The notes under the pieces are model-generated. The model saw only the letters and a program-made list of their open reading frames with translations. It was not told where the DNA came from and made no database searches. The translations under genes and the position numbers were made by a program. From positions 168 to 64,167 of the forward strand of contig JAKOTZ010000206.1 in assembly GCA_029776995.1 (NCBI GenBank): 64,000 nucleotides of DNA, read 5' to 3'. Source of the stretch: Candidatus Hydrogenedentota bacterium. GTDB lineage: Bacteria > Hydrogenedentota > Hydrogenedentia > Hydrogenedentales > CAITNO01. Positions 49,161 to 58,570 of this stretch are shown here, one piece after another; the first letter of the stretch is position 1, and every line of letters begins with the position of its first letter.

Positions 49161-49567
49161 TGTCCTGATCGCCCTCACTTTGCAGACCAGTGTCCTTTTA
49201 CGGATATTCTATTTTAGCACTTTCCGAATTAAGTATACACTAAAACGACTTAGTCAGCAATATTTTTTTAGACGAAGACCCCGTTTACGTGATGATTTAG
49301 AAGCCCGTTTCAGGTCAACATACTTTATATGGTCCAAAAATATTTTTTAACTACAAGATAATGGGCTGTCCTGAAAATTCCGGGACAGGATCAGGAAAAA
49401 CATTCTTTCGCTCCAATTGTGTCAAAAAATCCATCCCAGCACCGGGAATGTGGAAGTTTTGCCTGTACTGTCCCCGGGCTGGGCGTACGCTGTCCTAAAT
49501 CTTGCCTTCCCTGTCCAGAACATGCCCATAAACCCCCCTTTTTTCGCACAGTGTTTTTTACGGACAG
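49161..49567. repeat. Cluster of (C)TGTCC / GGACA(G) motifs in an AT-rich intergenic region
   Basis: TGTCC at 49161, 49191, 49367, 49469, 49491 and 49512; GGACA at 49383 and 49562. Confidence 0.6.
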
Positions 49568-49627
49568 GTAAGGCATGCTGGGCGCGCCGGCCGAAGCCAG
49601 GCTGGAAAACCACAGGAGGAACCCAGC

Positions 49628-50074
49628 ATGCCTTACCGCAAAGAAATGTCCCAAACTCGCCATGCCGCAGACGGTGATCCCGGTTTTGTTCGCGAAGAGC
49701 CGGTATCGCCGGAAGAGCTTTCGGAGTTGCCTGAATCCTGCCGGCCGGGATGGGAATCGCCTGAAGAACAGCGCCGCGCGTTCCGTTGGAGCCGTATCCG
49801 GCGCGTACTGCTGGAGTGGGTCCGCCGGGCCATGGCGGAGCATCTGTCCGTTCGGGAGCGCGATGCCCTCACGCTGGTGTATTTCGAGGGATTGAACTGC
49901 CGCGACGCCGGATATCGGCTGGGCATCCACGCGTCCACCGTGTCCCGGCGCTGCCAGACGGGTATCGAGATCCTGCGTCAGGTAGCCCTGAGGCGCCCGC
50001 CCCGTCTCCCGGATGGTTCATTATGGTGTCCGGCCAGCGTCAGCCGCGCGCGGAAAAACGCGCCTCGGACGTGA
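49628..50074 (+). CDS. Stand-alone sigma70 region-4 HTH protein
   Basis: AGGAGG SD; LSVRERDALTLVYFEGLNCRDAGYRLGIHASTVSRR; no region 2. Confidence 0.75.
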   Translation: MPYRKEMSQTRHAADGDPGFVREEPVSPEELSELPESCRPGWESPEEQRRAFRWSRIRRVLLEWVRRAMAEHLSVRERDALTLVYFEGLNCRDAGYRLGIHASTVSRRCQTGIEILRQVALRRPPRLPDGSLWCPASVSRARKNAPRT

Positions 50075-50993
50075 TGACCATGTCCTCGAGGTCTGAACTG
50101 TCGTCCAGCGTTGTGCCGGGCAGTACGATGCACCGGCGCAGCCGGACCGGACGGGAAATCCGGACCCGGTCGCCCACAGCGGTTTCTTCGAGCTGTACGC
50201 CCTCGGCGAGTTGGCAGCCGCTGCCGACCGCGCAGGATTGGCCCGCGGCGGCCAGCGCCCGGCAGGAACAGTCGATCAGGTCCGCCACCGTGGTGATATT
50301 CATGTCATAGGCTACAACCGGCGCGGCAGTTACCGGGCAGCCGAGATCCACCAGGGTCTGCAGGGCGACAGTCAGTTCGAATTCATCCCGGAGGGCGGTT
50401 CGGGGCGTGTTTCGGATGGCGTCAAAAATCGGCATGTCAAACAGATAGAAACCGCATCCCTTCCGCGGCGACTGGAGGTAGCGGGGTTTTTCGATGAATC
50501 GGCGGACCCTGCCGGTTTCGTCCAGATGCACCGCGAAATCCTGTGCCTGGCGCTCAGGCGGCACCGGTCCGGTCATCAGGGCCACCGCCGCCGCGGCCTG
50601 TCCGGAGAAAAAGGACTCCGCCAGGCGTTCGGGGCGGTCAAGCTCGAAGTACAGGTCGCCCAGCATGAGATAAAAAGGCCGGTCCACGTGGTCCTCGAGC
50701 TGGCTGACGGCGTGGGCAAGGCCCAGCGGACGTTCCTGTTCCACGTAGCGGATGGTTACGCCAAGTCGGGAACCGTCTCCCAGGCATCTGGAGACCAGAT
50801 GGCCGAGATGGCCGATCACGACGACCACCTCGCGCACGCCCAGTTCGCGCATCTGGCGGATCTGCCGTTCCGCGAGCGGTTCGTTGGCCACGGGAGCAAT
50901 GGGCTTCGGGCAGGCCGCGCCGAATGGGCCCATTCGCGCGCCGCGCCCTGCCGCCAGAATAACCCCCAGATCGACCTTTCGGTGTTCAGTCAT
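50040..50993 (-). CDS. Sugar-phosphate nucleotidyltransferase (RmlA/GCD1-like) with short left-handed beta-helix tail
   Basis: [37 protein letters not shown]. Confidence 0.88.
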   Translation of the reverse strand: MTEHRKVDLGVILAAGRGARMGPFGAACPKPIAPVANEPLAERQIRQMRELGVREVVVVIGHLGHLVSRCLGDGSRLGVTIRYVEQERPLGLAHAVSQLEDHVDRPFYLMLGDLYFELDRPERLAESFFSGQAAAAVALMTGPVPPERQAQDFAVHLDETGRVRRFIEKPRYLQSPRKGCGFYLFDMPIFDAIRNTPRTALRDEFELTVALQTLVDLGCPVTAAPVVAYDMNITTVADLIDCSCRALAAAGQSCAVGSGCQLAEGVQLEETAVGDRVRISRPVRLRRCIVLPGTTLDDSSDLEDMVITSEARFSARG

Positions 50994-51549
50994 GGACTTC
51001 AAGCCCCCGTGCGCGGGCAGCCTGCGTAAGCGCGTCCGAGAACGTCTGCAGCATATCGGCGCCCCACAGGACGAACCGGATCGTGTCGAATTGCTCAGGA
51101 GCGCCGGCAACGGTGTCCAGCACGGTGTTGACCGCGATATCAGCGGCCGGCCGGTGCGGATACCCGTAGACGCCGCAGCTGATGGCCGGAAAAGCGACGG
51201 AACGCAACCCGTGCTCGGCGGCCAGGCGCAAGCTCTCCCGGTAACACGACGCCAGCAGTTCAGGCTCGCCGTGGGTGCCGTCACGGTAGACCGGGCCCAC
51301 GGTATGGATCACGTGGCGGGCCGGTAACCGGTACCCGCGGGTGATTTTGGCGGATCCGGTCGGGCAGCCGCCCAGGGTCCGGCACTCGGCCAGCAATTCC
51401 AGGCCGGCGGCGCGGTGGATGGCCCCGTCAACGCCTCCTCCTCCGAGCAGCGTCGTGTTGGCCGCGTTGACAATGGCGTCCACTTCCTGCCGGGTGATGT
51501 CTCCCTGGACGGTTTCAATGCGGGTATTTCCTGCTGTTACTGCAGCCAT
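50986..51549 (-). CDS. Macro-domain O-acetyl-ADP-ribose deacetylase (YmdB/MacroD type)
   Basis: [42 protein letters not shown]. Confidence 0.95.
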   Translation of the reverse strand: MAAVTAGNTRIETVQGDITRQEVDAIVNAANTTLLGGGGVDGAIHRAAGLELLAECRTLGGCPTGSAKITRGYRLPARHVIHTVGPVYRDGTHGEPELLASCYRESLRLAAEHGLRSVAFPAISCGVYGYPHRPAADIAVNTVLDTVAGAPEQFDTIRFVLWGADMLQTFSDALTQAARARGLEVHD

Positions 51550-51744
51550 ACGCAAGATCCTCCAGCTTTGATGGCGTCGGATGATCGCGGTACTTTACCG
51601 GGGTATTATATAATCCCGCAGACTGAAAGCCTTGTGCAGCTTTAACGCTGTTCATGGGGACCAGCCGGGAATATTCCGGGAATACAGGCCGGGGTCTCCA
51701 TGTTGCCTTAGCGGGTTCAGTCCATTCCGTTTTGGAGAGAGAAG

Positions 51745-53238
51745 ATGTCCGACCCTACGCGTGAAAATAGTTTTCCTGCGGGCGCTTCCCGAAGCGACCA
51801 GAGTACCAGGGAACTGGAAGAAATAGCCGCCGGCGGGTACCGCTACGGATGGACCACGGATATAGAAACCGAGATTTTCCCGAAGGGGCTGAATGAAGAC
51901 ATTATCCGCGAACTGTCCCGCCGAAAAAATGAACCCGAGTGGATGACCGCGTGGCGCCTTAAAGCCTATCGGGCCTGGCAGGGAATGGAAGAGCCGCGCT
52001 GGGCAAAAGTGACCTACGAGACCCCTGACTTTCAGGACATCAGTTATTACGCCGCTCCGAAAAAGAAGCCCGAGAAAAAATCCCTGGACGAGGTGGATCC
52101 CAAATTGCTGGAAACTTTCGAAAAACTGGGGATTCCGCTGGAAGAGCAGAAGCGGCTGAGCGGCGTGGCGGTTGACGCCGTTTTTGACAGCGTGTCGGTA
52201 GCCACGACCCACCGGGAAATCCTCGGGCGGATGGGGATTATCTTCTGCCCTATTTCAGAGGCCATCCGGGAGCATCCGGATCTGGTGCGGAAGTACCTGG
52301 GTTCTGTGGTTCCGCAGGGAGATAATTTTTATGCCGCGCTGAACTCCGCGGTGTTCAGCGATGGTTCTTTCGTGTACATTCCACCCGGCGTCAAGTGCCC
52401 GATGGACCTGTCCACGTATTTCCGGATCAACGCGGCGCAGACCGGCCAGTTTGAACGGACGCTGATCATCGCCGACGAAGGGGCGGAAGTTCGGTATCTT
52501 GAAGGCTGCACCGCGCCTATGCGTGACGAAAATCAGCTGCACGCGGCAGTGGTGGAGCTGGTGGCCCACCGTAACGCGACCATTCGGTATGCTACCGTCC
52601 AGAACTGGTACGCGGGAGACGAAGAAGGCCGGGGCGGCATTTACAACTTCGTCACGAAACGCGGCATCTGCCTGGAAGAGAACAGCCGGATTTCATGGAC
52701 CCAGGTGGAAACCGGTTCCGCGATTACCTGGAAGTATCCCAGCTGCATCCTGAAAGGGGACAATTCGGTCGGCGAGTTCTATTCCGTCGCGCTGACGAAA
52801 GGGTGCCAGCAGGCCGATACGGGCACTAAGATGATCCATATCGGCCGCAACACGTCCAGCACGATCATTTCAAAAACGATTTCCGCGGGGCGCAGCGACA
52901 ATTCCTACCGCGGGCTGGTCCGGGTGCTGCCGAAAGCGGAAAACGCCCGGAATTACACGCAGTGCGACAGCCTGCTCATGGGAAACCGCTGCGGCGCGCA
53001 CACGTTTCCATACATAGACGTAAGGAATCCGTCAGCCCGGGTCGAACATGAAGCGTCTACCTCCAAAATCAGTGAGGACCAGCTGTTTTACTGCCAGACC
53101 CGGGGCATCCGGACGGAGGACGCGATATCTCTGGTGGTCAACGGCTTCTGCAAGGAAGTTTTTGACCATCTTCCAATGGAATTTGCCGTAGAGGCTTCGC
53201 GCCTGCTGAGCGTGAGCCTGGAAGGGAGTGTAAGCTGA
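51745..53238 (+). CDS. sufB: Fe-S cluster assembly protein SufB
   Basis: [35 protein letters not shown]. Confidence 0.98.
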   Translation: MSDPTRENSFPAGASRSDQSTRELEEIAAGGYRYGWTTDIETEIFPKGLNEDIIRELSRRKNEPEWMTAWRLKAYRAWQGMEEPRWAKVTYETPDFQDISYYAAPKKKPEKKSLDEVDPKLLETFEKLGIPLEEQKRLSGVAVDAVFDSVSVATTHREILGRMGIIFCPISEAIREHPDLVRKYLGSVVPQGDNFYAALNSAVFSDGSFVYIPPGVKCPMDLSTYFRINAAQTGQFERTLIIADEGAEVRYLEGCTAPMRDENQLHAAVVELVAHRNATIRYATVQNWYAGDEEGRGGIYNFVTKRGICLEENSRISWTQVETGSAITWKYPSCILKGDNSVGEFYSVALTKGCQQADTGTKMIHIGRNTSSTIISKTISAGRSDNSYRGLVRVLPKAENARNYTQCDSLLMGNRCGAHTFPYIDVRNPSARVEHEASTSKISEDQLFYCQTRGIRTEDAISLVVNGFCKEVFDHLPMEFAVEASRLLSVSLEGSVS

Positions 53239-54002
53239 TGTTAACCGTAAAAAACCTCCACGCGTCCATTGACGGCGTGGAAATCCTCAAGGGCATCGAT
53301 TTCGAGGTTAAACCCGGCGAGGTGCATGCCATCATGGGGCCGAACGGCTCCGGCAAGAGCACGTTTGCCCAGGTCCTTGCCGGAAACGAGGCTTATGAAG
53401 TGGACGAATCCGTGTCTGAGGTAACCTTCCTCGGGCAGAATCTGCTGGAGCTTTCTCCGGAAGACCGGGCGCGGATGGGCATGTTTCTGGCGTTTCAGTA
53501 TCCCGTGGAGATACCGGGAATCACGAACGCCTATTTCCTACGCGCGTCGCTCAATGAGATCCGCAAGTTCCGCGGAGAGGATCCGCTGGATCCGCTGGAG
53601 TTCCAGGAGCTGCTGGAAGAGAAAATGCGGCTGGTGCAGATGGATCCGGTTTACGCGGAGCGGTTCGTCAATGCCGGATTCTCTGGCGGAGAGAAGAAGC
53701 GCAATGAAATCCTACAGCTGGCGGTCCTGGATCCGAAGCTCGCCATTCTGGATGAGACGGACTCCGGGCTGGACATCGACGCGCTGCGCATCGTGGCCGA
53801 GGGCGTGAACCGGCTGCGCAGCCCCGAACGCGCTTTCATCCTGGTGACGCACTATCAGCGGCTGCTGAACTACATTGTTCCCGACTATGTCCACGTGCTG
53901 TACAAAGGACGTATCGTCCGCTCGGGCGGCCGTGACCTGGCGTTGGAACTGGAGAGCCGGGGTTACGACTGGATTCGGGAAGAAGCGGATGTTTCCGCTT
54001 AA
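53238..54002 (+). CDS. sufC: Fe-S assembly ATPase SufC
   Basis: GPNGSGKS, AFQYPVEIPG, FSGGEKKRNE, LDETDSGLD. Confidence 0.98.
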   Translation: MLTVKNLHASIDGVEILKGIDFEVKPGEVHAIMGPNGSGKSTFAQVLAGNEAYEVDESVSEVTFLGQNLLELSPEDRARMGMFLAFQYPVEIPGITNAYFLRASLNEIRKFRGEDPLDPLEFQELLEEKMRLVQMDPVYAERFVNAGFSGGEKKRNEILQLAVLDPKLAILDETDSGLDIDALRIVAEGVNRLRSPERAFILVTHYQRLLNYIVPDYVHVLYKGRIVRSGGRDLALELESRGYDWIREEADVSA

Positions 54003-54026
54003 GTTAAACCGTCCGGGAGTCTGGCA

Positions 54027-55367
54027 ATGAGCCATATTACAGATCAAAACGCATCCCCGGTGACGGTTGACCGGCTGCCGGAATTGCTGTCGGCGTATTC
54101 TCTGCCCGAAACGGATCATTTCTGCCAGACACGGCAACGCGCCCGGGAACTGTTCCCCGAAATTCCGCTGCCCCACGCGAAAATGGAAGACTGGCGGCAT
54201 TTCAACATTGGCGCGGTGCTGAATGGCCGGTACAGCCCTGTATTTGGCTCCTGTGGCGGTCAGTCGGATCGTCCCACCACGGAAAACCTTTTGTCCGCGG
54301 AGGATACGGCCGCGGAGCTGTTTTTTTTGAATGGCGCTTATCGGCCGGACTGGTCCAGGGAACGGACCGTCCAGGGAGTTTACGCGGGAAGCCTGGCCCG
54401 CGCGGCGGCTGATCCTGCCACATCGGGTTCGGTCCGCGAACTGCTTGGATCCGTGCTGGATCTGCGGGATCCGTTCGTCTGCCTGAACACGGTGTTCCTG
54501 GCGGACGGCGCTTTCGTTCAGGCGGGTCGGGGGGTAGCCTGTGCGGAGCCTGTACATCTAGTGTTCGTGCACACCCATCCGGAAGGGACGGTGACGTTCC
54601 CCAGGCTGCTGGTGCATGTCGGTGAGCAGGCCAGCCTGCGGCTGGTCATTACGCATGTCTTTGCGGATAACGGCGAATCCGCCTGGGATAACATGGCTGG
54701 GGAGCTGATTCTGGAGCAGGGCGCCCGCCTTGAACTGGAAGAAACAGCCGGCCTGCTGGGCGCGCCGCGCCGTTTCCTGTCGCTTATGGGGGCGCGCCTG
54801 AACCGGGACAGCTCGCTGAACTGGCGTGTTTTTACCCTGGACGGGGAGCTGGTTCGACGGGACTGCCGCGCGCTGCTGGACGCGCCAGGCGCTGAGGCTC
54901 GTGTTGAAGGATTGTTCATTAACAGCGGAAAAAACATGATGGACCACCCGGTCCGTATTCATCACAGGGCTCCCCACGGCATCAGCCGGATTACGTTCAA
55001 AGGTGTCGCCCTGGACGAAAGTCGGTCTGTGTACACGGGTAAAGTGCTGGTGGAACGCGACGCCCAGAAAACCGACTCGATCCAGGTGAACCACAACCTG
55101 GTTCTGTCCCCAGAAGCCCGGGTTGAAACCCGCCCCCAGCTGGAAATCTACGCGGATGACGTGCGCTGTACCCACGGCGCGACGGCTGGTCCTCCTCCGC
55201 CGGAAATCGTGTATTATTTTCAAACGCGTGGCATAGGCCGGCAGCAGGCCCGACTGATGCTGACCCGGGGATTCGTGGAAGAGATTGCGGATGAGATCAC
55301 AGTCCCCGCGTTGCGGATGGCCGTGCTCCGCGCGCTGTCCAAACGATTCGGAGAGGAGGAACCGTGA
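54027..55367 (+). CDS. sufD: Fe-S assembly protein SufD
   Basis: EDWRHF, PQLEIYADDVRCTHGAT; position in the operon. Confidence 0.95.
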   Translation: MSHITDQNASPVTVDRLPELLSAYSLPETDHFCQTRQRARELFPEIPLPHAKMEDWRHFNIGAVLNGRYSPVFGSCGGQSDRPTTENLLSAEDTAAELFFLNGAYRPDWSRERTVQGVYAGSLARAAADPATSGSVRELLGSVLDLRDPFVCLNTVFLADGAFVQAGRGVACAEPVHLVFVHTHPEGTVTFPRLLVHVGEQASLRLVITHVFADNGESAWDNMAGELILEQGARLELEETAGLLGAPRRFLSLMGARLNRDSSLNWRVFTLDGELVRRDCRALLDAPGAEARVEGLFINSGKNMMDHPVRIHHRAPHGISRITFKGVALDESRSVYTGKVLVERDAQKTDSIQVNHNLVLSPEARVETRPQLEIYADDVRCTHGATAGPPPPEIVYYFQTRGIGRQQARLMLTRGFVEEIADEITVPALRMAVLRALSKRFGEEEP

Positions 55368-56665
55368 ACCGTCCACTTGCCGACGCGCCCGCTGACAGTC
55401 CGTCGGTAACGTCTGCAGTTCCCCCGGCCGTTTTATCCGCGAACGGGAACTTTGACGTGAACGCCGTCCGGCGGGATTTTCCCGTGCTGAGCCGCAGCGT
55501 TTACGGGAAACCGCTTGTATACCTGGATAACGCGGCTACTACCCATAAGCCGCTGGCAGTGCTGGAGGCCATGGATCGCTTTTACCGCACCAGCAACGCC
55601 AATGTCCATCGGGGCGTGCACCGGCTCAGCATGGATGCCACAAACTTCTATGACGAGGCCCGTCGCGTGTTGCATAAATTTTTCGGTACGGCCATCGGCT
55701 GCGAAATCATCTTTACCCGCGGCGCCACGGAATCCCTGAACCTGGTTGCGCAGAGCTACGGGGGCTCTGTGCTGCGCGAAGGTGATGAAGTGCTGCTGAC
55801 CTGGATGGAGCATCACTCAAATATTGTTCCGTGGCAGATGGTCTGCGCCCGTACCGGGGCGAAACTGCGGCCGATTCCCATTCTCGACGACGGAAGCCTG
55901 GACATGGATGCGTACCGGTCCATGCTCAGCGAGCGGGTTAAGGTCGTGGCAGTCACCCACGTATCCAATGCGCTTGGCACGGTTAACCCCATTGCGGAAA
56001 TTTCCCGTCTCGCCCATGACGTCGGCGCGGTGGTTGTGGTGGACGGAGCCCAGGCCGCTCCGCATATGCCGGTCAACCTGCGGGAACTCGGCGTGGACTT
56101 TTATGTCGCTGCCGGACACAAAATGTATGGTCCCACGGGAATCGGCATCCTGTACGGGCGCGCGGACCTGCTGGAGCGCATGCCCCCCTGGCAGGGCGGG
56201 GGCGACATGATCCTGAGCGTATCCTTTGAGAAAACGGTCTACGCCCAGCCGCCCCAGAAATTCGAGGCAGGCACTCCCCCCATTGCGGAAGCTATCGGCC
56301 TGGCCGCGGCGGCAACCTACCTTATGAACCTCGGCATGTCCGAAATTCACCGGCATGAACAGCATCTTCTGCGGACGCTGACGGAACGGATGGCTGAAGT
56401 TCCCGGACTTCGCATCCTGGGAACGGCGCCCCAAAAGGCCGGGGTAGTCTCTTTTGTTATGGACTGCGCCCATCCGCACGATATCGGCCAGATTCTGGAC
56501 GGTGAAGGAGTGGCGGTGCGCGCCGGCCATCATTGCGCCCAGCCCGTGATGCAGCGGTTCGGCATCCCCGCTACGACCCGAGTATCCCTCGGCCTGTACA
56601 ATACAGACGCGGAGTTTGACGCTTTGATCGGCGCCCTGCACAAGGTGAGGAGGATGTTCGCGTAA
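55364..56665 (+). CDS. sufS: Cysteine desulfurase SufS
   Basis: YLDNAATT, EHHSN, GHKMYGP, RAGHHCA. Confidence 0.97.
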   Translation: MNRPLADAPADSPSVTSAVPPAVLSANGNFDVNAVRRDFPVLSRSVYGKPLVYLDNAATTHKPLAVLEAMDRFYRTSNANVHRGVHRLSMDATNFYDEARRVLHKFFGTAIGCEIIFTRGATESLNLVAQSYGGSVLREGDEVLLTWMEHHSNIVPWQMVCARTGAKLRPIPILDDGSLDMDAYRSMLSERVKVVAVTHVSNALGTVNPIAEISRLAHDVGAVVVVDGAQAAPHMPVNLRELGVDFYVAAGHKMYGPTGIGILYGRADLLERMPPWQGGGDMILSVSFEKTVYAQPPQKFEAGTPPIAEAIGLAAAATYLMNLGMSEIHRHEQHLLRTLTERMAEVPGLRILGTAPQKAGVVSFVMDCAHPHDIGQILDGEGVAVRAGHHCAQPVMQRFGIPATTRVSLGLYNTDAEFDALIGALHKVRRMFA

Positions 56666-57126
56666 TGTCGGACACGCGCGCGTTATATGAAGAAGTCATT
56701 TTGGACCACAATAAGAATCCGAAGAATTTCGGTTCCATGCCGGATGCGGATGTCGTACAGGAAGGTTACAACCCCCTTTGCGGGGATTCTTTTAAAATAT
56801 ACCTCAAGCTGGACGGAGATACTGTGCAGTCGGTTTCTTTTGAAGGGCATGGGTGTGCCATATCCAAGGCTTCAGCATCCCTGATGACCACACTTGTAAA
56901 AGGGCGTAAACGGTCGGAAGTGGAAGAGCTCTTCCACGTTTTCCAGGAAATGCTGAAAAGCGATCCCGAAAGCCCTCTGGACACGGAAAAGCTGGGAAAA
57001 CTGAAGGTCTTTTCCGGCGTCAGGGAATATCCCGTACGGATCAAATGCGCTACCCTGGCCTGGCACGCCCTGGTAGCGGCGCTTCATCAGCAGGAAGGGC
57101 CAGTCTCCACGGAATCAGGCTCCTGA
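56665..57126 (+). CDS. sufU: SufU (NifU-like) Fe-S assembly/sulfur-transfer protein
   Basis: NPLCGD, GCAISKAS, RIKCATLAW. Confidence 0.95.
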   Translation: MSDTRALYEEVILDHNKNPKNFGSMPDADVVQEGYNPLCGDSFKIYLKLDGDTVQSVSFEGHGCAISKASASLMTTLVKGRKRSEVEELFHVFQEMLKSDPESPLDTEKLGKLKVFSGVREYPVRIKCATLAWHALVAALHQQEGPVSTESGS

Positions 57127-57150
57127 TCCGGCTTTAAGAGTGACCTTCCT

Positions 57151-58434
57151 TTATAGCTTTTCTTCAATCTGCTGGATACGGCGGTCCAGAAACTCCAGCA
57201 GTTTCTTATGCAGCTGTGGATTGGCCGCGGCCACGAGAGACAACTGGTTGCTTTCCGTGCTGTCCAGCATGAGCACGTCGTCAAACCGTTTTCCGTAGGC
57301 GTCGGTAACGACACACCCGGCCTCTTCGGCAATGAGCAGCGCGGCCGCCAGGTCATACGGGGCCATGCAGACCACCCGGCCGTTTCCCGCGCGCTCGAAG
57401 TAGGGCCGGGCTTTATCCGGCATATCCCGGAAAAATCGGTTGGCGATGTCAACGCAAGCGTCCAGCTGGTTGGTGAGCAGGCGGGTAAGGCTGAAAGCGG
57501 TGCTGTTGCACGCGAAAAAGCCGCCCCGCAGGCTGGACTGTTCCAGCAGTTTGTAAACAGTCGTAAAAATCAGCGAAGGCGGCCGCCCGGGAACCGTCAT
57601 AGTCCAGCGCATCTGGTCCAGGTTTTGGTTTTCGGAAAGTTTGGGTCGTCTGGTGTGTCCATCAACCAGGATTTTTACCCCTTTTCCCCGTTCGGCGTAG
57701 AAAACCCGGTTCCCCATGATCTCCGCCACGCAGGCGTTGTCCACATCGGCCATGGTGGGGCGCTCAATTACCCGGGTGGTGGCAATCGAAACGACACAGC
57801 CTTCAAAACCGCTTCGGGCCGCCCGGGATCCGTCAATAGGATCCACGATCAGCAGATATTGTGGTTTTTCGGTGGAGAAGGTGGAATATCCCGCGTCCTC
57901 CGAGTAATAGGCCAGAGGCAGCCCGGAGCGGCGCAGAAAAGCAAGAAGGGTTTTCTCTGCGACCCGATCCAGCGGGAATGTCACATCTCCGCTCTGGGCG
58001 ATGCCATCCGCTTCAGAGCTTCCCCGCATGTTTCGGGCGAGCGGCTCAACGACCCCGCGGATTTCTTCGGCCAGTTCCAGCAGGAATTTCTGGGGCAGCG
58101 GCGCGACTTTCCGGGCAGCCGACCCGGTGGCGCGCCTTGCGGATTCGGCCTCATTCACGGTGCTTTTCCGCGGCCGTCCAGGTTTTTTTTCGGTTTTTTC
58201 CATGGTCGGGCTTTCTTTTACTTTTACTGCTATACGCGCCTGTTTGGTTCTGCGAACAGGTTCCAGAGATTTTTCCGATGTTTTTTTCGTTTTTTCCAAT
58301 GTTGTTCGGGCGGCTTTTGGGGCTGCTGTTTTCTGGTCTTCCTTTTTAACCTTGCCTGGCCGTTTCTGCTGAGGTGTATCCCCCGCCGCGCGGGATCTGG
58401 TGCTGCGTGTTTCAGGCTCTTGTTTTCTGGCCAT
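57151..58434 (-). CDS. Inositol monophosphatase/FBPase-family protein with long basic N-terminal extension
   Basis: SED, DPIDGS and YDLAAALLIAEEAG; Lys/Arg/Thr-rich N-terminus containing KKPGRPRKS. Confidence 0.85.
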   Translation of the reverse strand: MARKQEPETRSTRSRAAGDTPQQKRPGKVKKEDQKTAAPKAARTTLEKTKKTSEKSLEPVRRTKQARIAVKVKESPTMEKTEKKPGRPRKSTVNEAESARRATGSAARKVAPLPQKFLLELAEEIRGVVEPLARNMRGSSEADGIAQSGDVTFPLDRVAEKTLLAFLRRSGLPLAYYSEDAGYSTFSTEKPQYLLIVDPIDGSRAARSGFEGCVVSIATTRVIERPTMADVDNACVAEIMGNRVFYAERGKGVKILVDGHTRRPKLSENQNLDQMRWTMTVPGRPPSLIFTTVYKLLEQSSLRGGFFACNSTAFSLTRLLTNQLDACVDIANRFFRDMPDKARPYFERAGNGRVVCMAPYDLAAALLIAEEAGCVVTDAYGKRFDDVLMLDSTESNQLSLVAAANPQLHKKLLEFLDRRIQQIEEKL

Positions 58435-58570
58435 GCCCCGATTCCTTGTTCGCAGTATTCTTATTTCCGGACAGCCCACACCTGTAGACCGCACTATATA
58501 ATTTACGACATGGCCGCGTGCGGATTCCAACCGCTACTTCCGGGCGATTGAAAGAGCAGATTTCAGGGGA

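Noticed and set aside
49103-49627. Possible oriC
   Set aside because: Only DnaA-box matches with two or more mismatches, and no dnaA/dnaN context.
50040-51284. Fusion of macrodomain and nucleotidyltransferase suggested by the 414-aa ORF
   Set aside because: The two genes are in different frames; the transferase starts at ATG 50993.
58183-58190. T8 homopolymer here (and at 2169-2176) as phase-variable tracts
   Set aside because: Both are in frame and encode Lys runs; no evidence of disruption.
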